Below, piece by piece: positions 42,825 to 51,682 of a DNA stretch of 64,000 nucleotides. Where the stretch lies: assembly GCA_002811645.1 (NCBI GenBank), contig PDIP01000017.1, positions 62,001 to 126,000 on the forward strand. The letters run 5' to 3'. The position numbers and the translations under genes were made by a program. The stretch is from Corallochytrium limacisporum Hawaii (taxonomy: Eukaryota; Protista; Pluriformea). Every line of letters starts with the position of its first letter. The stretch's first letter is position 1. The notes below the pieces were generated by a model. It searched no databases. It saw only the letters and a list, made by a program, of their open reading frames with translations, and was not told the DNA's origin.

Positions 42825-43151
42825 ATCGGTTTGTATGAAAATTGAGTTAAAAAACCCAGAACACAATACTAGTACATATTAGCGGGCTGGTCCTGCGCCA
42901 AACACACACACACAAGCACTCCTGTATACTGTTTAAATATCTAGCATGATTTAATTAATTTAACACATCAGAATATATTCACTTACACAGACTTCAACGT
43001 CATTGACACCTTTACTACAATAACATAAGGACTTTGGCTTAAAATTTTCTTTATTCTTTGTCTTCTGCTGTCTTTCAGACAACACCACGAACATGAAACA
43101 TATGACATGGAACATGGTATTCTACATATTTCTATAAAACCTTGCAGGTTA

Positions 43152-43290
43152 GTCGTCCATCCAAGGACTAGTAGGCGATGGTGTAAATGAGCCTCTACTT
43201 CAAGGCCGCGAACAAGCACCATGACCGGGGACAGAGCATCCAGACCCAAGGTCGACTTGGCCTCTGGGTCCGTGTTGCACTGTAGTAACC
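43152..43290 (-). pseudogene. Degenerate tandem copy of the 3' end of the cytochrome b561 gene
   Basis: 43152-43215 aligns with 43310-43372 (offset about 158 nt) and carries two CAG>TAG stops; weaker similarity extends to about 43290. Confidence 0.75.
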
Positions 43291-43303
43291 CTTGCAACGT
43301 AAC

Positions 43304-44128
43304 TTACACGTCGTCCTCAAGGGCCTGGTAGGCGATGGTGTGAATAGGCCTCTGCTTGAAGGCCGCCAACAACGTTACTCCCAGGCACACTGTGTTAACA
43401 CCAATGAAATTTGCGAGCATGGCCTCGTCTCCGTACTTGTCAAAGCTATTGTCTTTCTCCAGAAAAGTTATCTTCTCCAGGATGCCCATCATGATGGTAC
43501 AAGTGACCAAGAGAATCATGACCTGTCCAGTAAGCCTGTGGAAACCCACTAATTCGGAGCGCAAATCCTGAGACGCGTATGGCAGCGCAAAGACCAGGAA
43601 ACCGGCCAGCCATTGGCCTGCAAACAAAATCACAGTAAGAATTCCAACCCAGCTGTGTAACGAATACATGTTGGGAATGTTGTTACTGTTATGGAAGCGG
43701 AAGACCGCCATGAGACCAATCACAGCGGAAAATAATGCAGCACCATGTAATGCTCCGTGGACGGCCTTGTTGACCTTGCCCCGCTTTGTGTACAGCCTAT
43801 AGGCGGTGGCACCGTGTCCGTACAGGATGAGCATACCCAATGTCATCAAAACCGGGTGCCAGTTGAACACCAGGGCGTCATCAGCCCAGCTGAGGCCGCC
43901 TCGGTATCCGAGAATCCACCAGAAAACGAGTATGAGCTCAATCGCTGATAGTACAAACAGTGTGTTGCGGATTCTGCTGTGAGCGAACATGCTTGACTTT
44001 GGCTGGTCAAACATAATACCATCGTCCAGGTGGTGCGGTGGATTTCGAATATTGTGTTGGTGCCTATTGATAAGGTGTGGGAGCATTTCTTCTGAATGGG
44101 TGTCTGGCAGAGGTATGCTTTCCGACAT
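43304..44128 (-). CDS. Cytochrome b561 (ascorbate-dependent transmembrane reductase)
   Basis: FNWHPVLM, AYR, KAVHGALH, AVFRFHN...NMYSLHSWVG; six TM helices. Confidence 0.95.
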   Translation of the reverse strand: MSESIPLPDTHSEEMLPHLINRHQHNIRNPPHHLDDGIMFDQPKSSMFAHSRIRNTLFVLSAIELILVFWWILGYRGGLSWADDALVFNWHPVLMTLGMLILYGHGATAYRLYTKRGKVNKAVHGALHGAALFSAVIGLMAVFRFHNSNNIPNMYSLHSWVGILTVILFAGQWLAGFLVFALPYASQDLRSELVGFHRLTGQVMILLVTCTIMMGILEKITFLEKDNSFDKYGDEAMLANFIGVNTVCLGVTLLAAFKQRPIHTIAYQALEDDV

Positions 44129-45038
44129 ATGGCCCACTATCGATCCAAATGAACAGACTCATGCTCTTACCACCCACACCATACATGGAAAAATTCCTCC
44201 TTTAGAGATTCGCCTCTCTGGAAATAGCCTGTCTAGTGACTTCAGTAGGATACACCCAGATTGAGGACATCCCCAGACGAACCCACCTTCGTGCACGAGA
44301 GGCAACTGAATTGAAGATGGTACCATCACGTTCACCTAGGTCCACCAGCCGTCCGTTTCCGTAACTCCGGTACACAGCATCGGACGAGGGCTGTGTTGGG
44401 AAGGAGCCCGGCTAAGGTTTTCGGTACTCAATCTCCCACACCGACACTTTCGGACCGGCACAGAGCGCACGGCGCTGTGTACCCGCCTGCATCTACCAAA
44501 TTTTGCCCCCGCCGTAGTGAATCTATGGAGTAAGGAGGGTACGACCGATCACTAATGTCATCGATTTGGACCCTGAGTGTGGGGACGCTTGCAGCTGCGC
44601 GTAGAGCGTATTTGCTCGCGGACAACCCGATACAGGATTTATACTAGCTTGATAATGTACTGTGTCTCGGTTGGTCACAGCGGGGGAGTGTTGTTGGTGG
44701 GTATCTTGTCCACTGACGTCGAACGAAGCCCAGTGGTGCCCGCGAGGCCAACCGTTCTCCCGTTGGTAAATTTAATATACTTTTTTATTTCCCATATTAA
44801 ATATATGTAATGTAAGTTTCTACAATATCTCCTTTATTCCGTACTTAAAACAGAAATATAATATACGGATATTATGTAATGAATTGTTGCCGCCCAATGT
44901 ACGTTGGCTTTGGGTTGTGCCAGTTGGTGCTCGGGTCCCCTTTGTTATTTGAGAACAGGTATCTGTGCTTACATGGCTTTGACCACTAGATCGAATGTGT
45001 TCAATAGCATGTAAAATTTGTAGCGATATAACAGAAGG

Positions 45039-45554
45039 ATGGAGACAACACCAACATTAGAAGGAGTCTACGGACTTATCAATGAGCTGATGAAGGACGA
45101 TGATCTGCAGAAATTGCAGGCAGAGGACAGCGTAAAGGCTGTCCAACAGGGCCTTCAGAAACTTACGGACTCCTTAATTTTGTTGGACAGTCAGGCTGAA
45201 GCATTTGATGACCAATTCTCTGGATTTGAGTCGGATGTATGGCCAGAGCTATCGAAACATGCTGTTAGACTCCCGGAGACATACAGAAAGATCGATCGCT
45301 TGTGTGATATGGTGCAACAATTAGAGGAAGTCATGGCCGCTGTGGAGCAGCGCATGGATGAAGTCGACGGAAAACGAAAATCTAGTAACATAATGGGTGG
45401 AATGATGCGTGGGTTCCAGAACTTGAATCGACCGGGACCAAAGTCTCAGGAAACGCAGAAGGCTCTCGGAGGCTCTGCTTTGCCCCACTTCAACGCTGCG
45501 GACTACTTCGAGCCATCGGACAAGGTGCCCCGGGAAGAAGATGACGGAACATGA
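45039..45554 (+). CDS. BLOC1S4: BLOC-1 subunit 4 (cappuccino)/BCAS4-like
   Basis: Coiled coil with KIDRL...V...VE and C-terminal P.F.A.DYF, as in the cappuccino family. Confidence 0.7.
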   Translation: METTPTLEGVYGLINELMKDDDLQKLQAEDSVKAVQQGLQKLTDSLILLDSQAEAFDDQFSGFESDVWPELSKHAVRLPETYRKIDRLCDMVQQLEEVMAAVEQRMDEVDGKRKSSNIMGGMMRGFQNLNRPGPKSQETQKALGGSALPHFNAADYFEPSDKVPREEDDGT

Positions 45555-45623
45555 TGGTCCTTTTGCATGCATACAAATAATTGAAAACCTAGTAAAGAAT
45601 CTAATGGATAGTATTGCATAACT

Positions 45624-47765
45624 TCAGGCCGGGAACCGTCCAGCAGCGAACGGACCTCCGCCTTGCGCACTCACATGCTTGTGCATGTGAGGTCGGAAGA
45701 TATCCAGAAGCACAGGATTGTAGTTTTCGACTCGTCCAGCCATAATATTGGGTCCGATGAACTTGGACAGCCTTTCAATGCACTCCGACGCAGCAACTTC
45801 GGTAACCCGGGTGCCACAGGCCAAACTGTACTTCAATCCATCGAAGAAATCTTCCACTTTCCTCTTGAACACTGTCTTGCCGAGGTTCTCAGCAACGATA
45901 GGGAGTAGTTGCCAAAGCGTTTCGAGCATGTACACATGATGATGGAAGTGCGTGACCTTCGACAGCTTTGCAACCAATCCCAGGCTGTCTGCCATATCTT
46001 CAGGCCTCGCACGGGTCAGCTCGCGATACAGATAAATACACCCATCACTCCATTCCCAAGGCTCAGTCGGTTTCTTGAAGGCGTGATCCATGCAACCGCC
46101 ACCGCGCCGAAGCTTGGGAGCCAAGGACCCGCACGAATACATGACCTGGTCAGTGTGCAAGGCGTCATCATTGTCATGGGCGTGCTTGAGGTCACCTATG
46201 GGTTTCGCCACACCAAAGGTGGTAGTGGCTTCTAAATTGGCGTTTTTCTTGGACTCTGGCTTTTGCTCCTCGGCCTTGAGAATGTGCTCAGTAAACCAAG
46301 TTTTCACCTTCGTAAAGAGATTGTCATTGTTCATTGCCTCAACAACCATCACCAGGGCGATAGATGCATCTTCTCTTACAGAGTTGATATTGTCGCCGAC
46401 ATGTTCAAGCATAAGCGGTAAGATCTCCATCTCGAAGCGCTCCTTGCTCTCTGTTGGGAAAGCACTAGCAAAGCGACCAATCGCGGTCAGCGACGCATCA
46501 CGCACAGGCCAGCTTTCATCCTTGAGGCACACAATGAGGGCTTCCAGAAGCGTCATCACATGTGGTGCGATTACATCCTTCTTGATCTTGATGCCCAGTT
46601 CGGCAATACATGCACAGGCAGCTTCACGGACAGCATGGTTGTCAGCCTGGGTCTGGGCAATGTAGAATGTTACCACATCACTGATGTACTCTTCGACCAG
46701 GCTCTGACCACGGTTATCGAAGAGCTCTCTCCAGATGTTTTGGCTGTAGATACGAACACCCTCCGCAACGTAGTACCGATTTATGCAGAGACGGGGCAAG
46801 AGTAGTGGATAGAACACCCGACGGTCCTCCTCCGCGGCAATGCTGCTCAGAAAGTTGTGTGCAGCAGTAGCGGAGGCCAGGCGGACCTGACTCCAGTTGT
46901 CAGCGAGACCATCGGAAATGCACTCTGCGTATCTCTGTTCATGCGGGAAGCCATTTGCTTGTGACAGGTTAGCGATAAAGTAGTACCCAGTTTCGCGGAC
47001 GAAACGGTTCCTGTGCGACAAGCTCTTGAGCAAAATAACCTTCAACCGATCACTGAAAAATGGCAGGAACTCATCTGGCTGGGCCTTGAGGAATTCATGC
47101 ACTGTTTTCACACTGGTTTCCAGGGAAGCCCATCCAGCGGTGTCATGGAAAACTTCTGCCTTGCTCCCAATGGTAGACGTGCTTTGCATAGACGTGGTTT
47201 CACCGGTGACCATATGATCTGGCTTCATATCATATTGCTTGGCAAGCTTTTCACGCAATTGTTCATAATCACCGGAAGGCTCAACCTGGGAATCAATGGT
47301 GTCTTCAATGTTCTCGATGATAGTGTACTCAACGGCCTGCGTGTAGATCCGCTTCAATCCAAATGCACGGGCAAGACGTCCAAAAGCAATTCCAGCCGCC
47401 AGCCGCACACGGGCCTCCGCATGTGTAATACACAGACGGAGCGACTCAATGGTGGCGTCCACAAACCGATCCGACAATTTCGTACCGGCAATATCAGCTG
47501 CAGTCGCAACAGCAACACAACCACCATGGATCTGCTGCCAATGCTCGGCGTCTGTTCCTTGTGCATACGACGCATCTATCAGCTTAAGGATTTCTTCTTC
47601 AACTGCAATGAGTTTCTCATCACCCTGAGCCATTGCATTCCGCATTTCCATCATCAATGACTCATTGCCGGCGTCCCTCTGCCGGCGTCTTGCTGACGTA
47701 ATGGCGGCTTGCCATGGTACCGGTCCCACCGGCACCGTTCCATTCATGGCAATCTGAGTTGGCAT
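45624..47765 (-). CDS. Uncharacterised HEAT-repeat protein
   Basis: Repeated HEAT turns: EARVRLAA, NRFVRET, NWSQVRLAS, NHAVREAA, SWPVRDAS, INSVREDA. Confidence 0.85.
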   Translation of the reverse strand: MPTQIAMNGTVPVGPVPWQAAITSARRRQRDAGNESLMMEMRNAMAQGDEKLIAVEEEILKLIDASYAQGTDAEHWQQIHGGCVAVATAADIAGTKLSDRFVDATIESLRLCITHAEARVRLAAGIAFGRLARAFGLKRIYTQAVEYTIIENIEDTIDSQVEPSGDYEQLREKLAKQYDMKPDHMVTGETTSMQSTSTIGSKAEVFHDTAGWASLETSVKTVHEFLKAQPDEFLPFFSDRLKVILLKSLSHRNRFVRETGYYFIANLSQANGFPHEQRYAECISDGLADNWSQVRLASATAAHNFLSSIAAEEDRRVFYPLLLPRLCINRYYVAEGVRIYSQNIWRELFDNRGQSLVEEYISDVVTFYIAQTQADNHAVREAACACIAELGIKIKKDVIAPHVMTLLEALIVCLKDESWPVRDASLTAIGRFASAFPTESKERFEMEILPLMLEHVGDNINSVREDASIALVMVVEAMNNDNLFTKVKTWFTEHILKAEEQKPESKKNANLEATTTFGVAKPIGDLKHAHDNDDALHTDQVMYSCGSLAPKLRRGGGCMDHAFKKPTEPWEWSDGCIYLYRELTRARPEDMADSLGLVAKLSKVTHFHHHVYMLETLWQLLPIVAENLGKTVFKRKVEDFFDGLKYSLACGTRVTEVAASECIERLSKFIGPNIMAGRVENYNPVLLDIFRPHMHKHVSAQGGGPFAAGRFPA

Positions 47766-48326
47766 GTCAAGTTTGTCACCGTCTCACATGCATAACATGT
47801 ACACACCAAAGAGTGGTACACGCAAGATACACTGTATACCTAATTGTTTTGCCTTTGGTGTCGGGGACAAGGTCTGTGTTTTGGGGCTCCCTCTAGTAGC
47901 CCCTCACTGGCAACCCGAGCCTAGTTTAGGGCTCACTTAACCCCTCTCCCCTTTTTTCGCCGGGGGTCCCACCTCTCTGTGTGCTGCCACACGGCCAAAG
48001 GGGGCCTTTTTTCAAACCACAAAAAGCCTTGTTCCGGAAGGAAAAACCCAGAGAGGAATTGGAGAACCCCCCCCCACCTCTTGGGTAACAAAGCAGTCTC
48101 ACCTTTCACCCGGCTGCTGAACTGGCTGCTGGCTGGATCTGGTTTTCCTCGAAACCTCAAAGTTTTTTGCCATACGTTTGCTGTACTGGAACCAGGTGCT
48201 GACGAAAACAAATCTGCCCGCAGCTCTCTCTCCCTCGTACACGGTCTCCCAGCATCACACGGTCCGGTCCGCACGGGCTCCACTCTTGGTATATTCACTA
48301 TGGGAACAGGGGGCCCTCTCTCCCAG

Positions 48327-48349
48327 GCCGGTGGCGCGAAACTTTTGTC
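48327..48349 (+). promoter_or_regulatory. E2F site with CHR-like element upstream of the RING gene
   Basis: GCCGGTG-GCGCGA-AACT-TTTGTC. The 15-mer GCCGGTGGCGCGAAA is identical to 60226-60240. Additional CHR hexamers at about 48387, 48473 and 48570. Confidence 0.5.
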
Positions 48350-48613
48350 GTCAGTATTTTTTTGATTAGGGCACACATCGATTCTTTTTGAATCAATATT
48401 ATCGAACACCCCGCCAGAGGTGGGTCTCAAGTAACTTGCTGGTCTCATCGGCACCGCTCGGTAGGCTTCACTTTCAAAGCCATTGACCATGATGGCGAAC
48501 CGGAAAGCCGATATAACATGCAGGTGCTTACGTGTTGGGTACTTACTAGCACGAGAAAAGGTCCGCGATCTTGAAAAAACTGATCAACGTCAGAGACAGG
48601 GAGCTTATAGAAC

Positions 48614-49411
48614 ATGACTCCAAGCGGGGGAACGGGCATCGATGTACACTGGGTGATTTGCAACAATTGTGAGAGAAGTAAAAGTGATTTGGGTAGCGAT
48701 AATCCGTTCTTGCTTGCACAATGTGGTCACATTTTCTGCAGAGAGTGTACACAGCTTCAGCACACCCAAGACAGGTTGGTGGGCAGTTGTCCCATTGATC
48801 GCAAAACGATACAATGTATCGAGATCACAGACACCATGCCACGGACTGCCCTGTCATGGTTTCAAAAGCCGTATAATCTGGGTAAGCAGGTAGCACAGGA
48901 TCTTGGGCGCAGCATGACCTTTAGAAACACTCAGCTGAAGACCCTTGGCTACAAACTACGTTTGTGTGCCAAAAGAAGTAAGAAAGCGGACTCCAAAATC
49001 AAAGCTCTGCAGGGCGAGCGCGAACGGATGGCCGAGACAATCGCGTCACTTAAGCGCCAGGTCAAAGAGTTACAAGCCAGGGAAAGAGAACTTCATAAGG
49101 ATCTCCAGCGTGCACAGCAAGCGATTGATCGAAGCGGCCAACATCTCCGCAGTCCAGCGGACTCCCTTCCCACGTTTGCTAGATTGCCTGGCTCTGGGAC
49201 CGCTCATGCATCGGAGCTCTCGGCTCGAGCCCTTCTCCGTGGGTCAGCCTTGAAGAGATCACACGCTTACGGAAAGATCTCAAGTGAACATGACGAAACA
49301 CCACTGAGCAAGAGGACCAAAGTGAGTTTATGGACAACTACACGTCATCAATATTCGTCGAGGAAGAGATTCTGGAATGCAGAAGATCAAACAGGAATAA
49401 AGAAATACTAA
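48614..49411 (+). CDS. RNF212: RNF212/Zip3/ZHP-3-like RING + coiled-coil meiotic E3 ligase
   Basis: WVICNNC...QCGHIFCREC...CPID RING, then MP.....WFQ, a coiled coil and an S/R-rich tail. Confidence 0.75.
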   Translation: MTPSGGTGIDVHWVICNNCERSKSDLGSDNPFLLAQCGHIFCRECTQLQHTQDRLVGSCPIDRKTIQCIEITDTMPRTALSWFQKPYNLGKQVAQDLGRSMTFRNTQLKTLGYKLRLCAKRSKKADSKIKALQGERERMAETIASLKRQVKELQARERELHKDLQRAQQAIDRSGQHLRSPADSLPTFARLPGSGTAHASELSARALLRGSALKRSHAYGKISSEHDETPLSKRTKVSLWTTTRHQYSSRKRFWNAEDQTGIKKY

Positions 49412-49495
49412 CGCTTGCCATGCCATGGACATGCTGGAAACACATATCTATTTGAACACACTGTTATGGTACATATGAAATGGATGCCGACTGAT

Positions 49496-51109
49496 TTATG
49501 CATTGTTCAATGCTACTTCCTCCATCTTGGCAGCGATTTCATCCGTGTCCTCAGCCTTCTCTTCCGGTCCGTTTCCGTTCGTCTTCGGTGTATCTAGGTC
49601 TTCTCCTGAAGGCCCCTGTTTAGAACCCTTTCGACCACCCTTCTGGCCCTTACTAGGGCTAGGTGGTGCATCGGGATTATACAATTCTCGCTGGCGGCGC
49701 GGAGCCGGGCGAGATGCGTACTCGTGGTGGTCGTCGTCCGGATCGGCAGGAGGATGGCCCATGCCGGGCAGCATCATCGGTGGGAGGCCACCTTGACGCA
49801 TAGAGGGGTCAGAGTAGCCCATGGCGGGGTGCATACCGCTGTAAGGAGCTGATGGTCCTGCGGCGGCAGCAGCATGGGGCGGACGGTATTGGCGTGGACC
49901 AGCCGAGGGATTGACCTCAGCGCCCTGTTCGTGGCCAGCAGTGGGCCCTCCAGACTGCTCTGCAGATGAATCATGGGAACCGTGCTGCTGGATGGGCTGC
50001 TGCCCACGGTAGGGCGGGTAGTTGTACATACCGTGGTACATTTCAGGCATCATATACCCAGTGGGAACCCATTGTTGGTAGTTCATATCAAACCAGTACA
50101 GAGGGACCACGATGCCCTGCTGGAGATACGCGGCGTCAACCAAATAAGTCACACCGCTGGTCGGGTCATAAAAAGTCATGAACTGATCCTCTGAGGGACG
50201 ACTGAAGATGCGTTCCTTTGCCTTGCGATATTCCTCTTCGCGTTGTTCAACGCTCTTACCATTGCCAGGCAGGTGACTTTCCTCCACTAGAGGGCTGCCC
50301 TGACTACCCTCGTCACCGGACTGGTCTCCAGGTGCCTTACGTTGCATAATCTTTACCTTGAAGGGGATCTCCTCATCTGCCTTGCTACCTTCAGGCGTGG
50401 TCTTCTTCACAGTGCGAGTGCCAGACTCCGTTTCTTGAGCGGGACTGACGGTGCCGCTGGATGTCTGACTGCTCGACGCCTGCGGAGTCTGGACCACCGC
50501 CTGGGGTTGCTTCCCCTTAAGAGTCGGAGTGGTCGTTGGTCTAGGAAGTTGGAACTGTGGGTTTGGTGGAATAAACTGTGGCATGGGAACACCTGGAGGG
50601 AAGTTCTGCATCTGTCCCGGCATCATCATTCCCTGCGGCATGGCATACACGTTTACGTTACCCATCATACTAGACAATTGTTTTTCTGGCTTTCGAGACT
50701 TGGCCACTCTGGTGACGACTACAGTCTTTGTGAAATCTGCTGTGGTTTCATGTTCCATCTTGTAGTAAGCTGCGATTTTATGCACCAGCATGCGATGGAA
50801 TGAATGAAGAGAGGGGAACTCCAACGAATCTCCTTCCTTGCCGTGATCTAAAAGGTTGTTCAACATTTGTTCAACTTGCATGACCAAAACACGATCCTGT
50901 GGTTGCTTCAGTGCTCCCTGTACCAGATCCTCCAGACCCGCGCCCGTTTCATCCTTGGGAGTAGTCACCTTTGTTGTTCTCTGCTGTGGGTACTGCGGCA
51001 TCATTCCGGCCGGATAGTATGTTCTCTGTGGCATCATTTGTGGAGCTACCTGGGGAGGCATACCCCTCGCACCCACCATATGGCGCTGTTGTGTTGGTGG
51101 GCGTGACAT
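49496..51109 (-). CDS. R3H-SUZ RNA-binding protein (R3HDM/ARPP21/Encore family)
   Basis: DRVLVMQVE, R3H SFHRMLVHKIAAYY, SUZ KIMQR...KSVEQREEEYRKAKERIF, P/Q/M-rich low-complexity regions. Confidence 0.9.
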   Translation of the reverse strand: MSRPPTQQRHMVGARGMPPQVAPQMMPQRTYYPAGMMPQYPQQRTTKVTTPKDETGAGLEDLVQGALKQPQDRVLVMQVEQMLNNLLDHGKEGDSLEFPSLHSFHRMLVHKIAAYYKMEHETTADFTKTVVVTRVAKSRKPEKQLSSMMGNVNVYAMPQGMMMPGQMQNFPPGVPMPQFIPPNPQFQLPRPTTTPTLKGKQPQAVVQTPQASSSQTSSGTVSPAQETESGTRTVKKTTPEGSKADEEIPFKVKIMQRKAPGDQSGDEGSQGSPLVEESHLPGNGKSVEQREEEYRKAKERIFSRPSEDQFMTFYDPTSGVTYLVDAAYLQQGIVVPLYWFDMNYQQWVPTGYMMPEMYHGMYNYPPYRGQQPIQQHGSHDSSAEQSGGPTAGHEQGAEVNPSAGPRQYRPPHAAAAAGPSAPYSGMHPAMGYSDPSMRQGGLPPMMLPGMGHPPADPDDDHHEYASRPAPRRQRELYNPDAPPSPSKGQKGGRKGSKQGPSGEDLDTPKTNGNGPEEKAEDTDEIAAKMEEVALNNA

Positions 51110-51548
51110 CTGTTCTCTATTGCTTTGCCCAATTCTTTACTTGCTAATGTGTTTAAGTGTACAAGATCATGGTGATCTTCCCGGTCGTCTAGAACTATTC
51201 CGTTTTACGTCAATCCTCTGCTGATCTGCGACACGACACGTATACAATTTTGTACCTCACCGTAAGCCCCAAGAGTATTATGATAATTGGACATTGTGGT
51301 CACTCTCCAGTCTGCGCAAAAGAATGCAAAGAATTGCGAGTCACTAGGGGGATTATCATGTGGACTACATCTCGCGTGTAATGGTCACCGCCAGAAAGCC
51401 AGACGGCCGTACAGAGAGCCGAGGAATGCAAGTAAAGCAGCCCAGGGTGGAACGGTACGAACGAGGGACGATGGATCCGCGATGTGAGACTGAGAGCCTC
51501 TCCCCCTCGTTTTGCATACAGACACTATTCACTCACTACGATGACGAG

Positions 51549-51682
51549 TCCCTCTTCCCCTCTATCTCTCTCCCCTCCTGGTCTCTCTCACTCGCCCTCT
51601 CTCTCGCTCTCTCTCTCCCTCTGTGTCGCTCTCTCCCTCGGTCTCTGTCTCTCTCTCTTGTTGTGTGTCTCTCTTCCCTCTC
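51549..51682. repeat. Imperfect (CT)n polypyrimidine tract
   Basis: Direct reading of the sequence. Confidence 0.9.

Noticed and set aside
49322-49412. GTGAGT ... TACTAAC intron-like signals at the end of the RING gene
   Set aside because: No AG acceptor follows until well inside the convergent gene.
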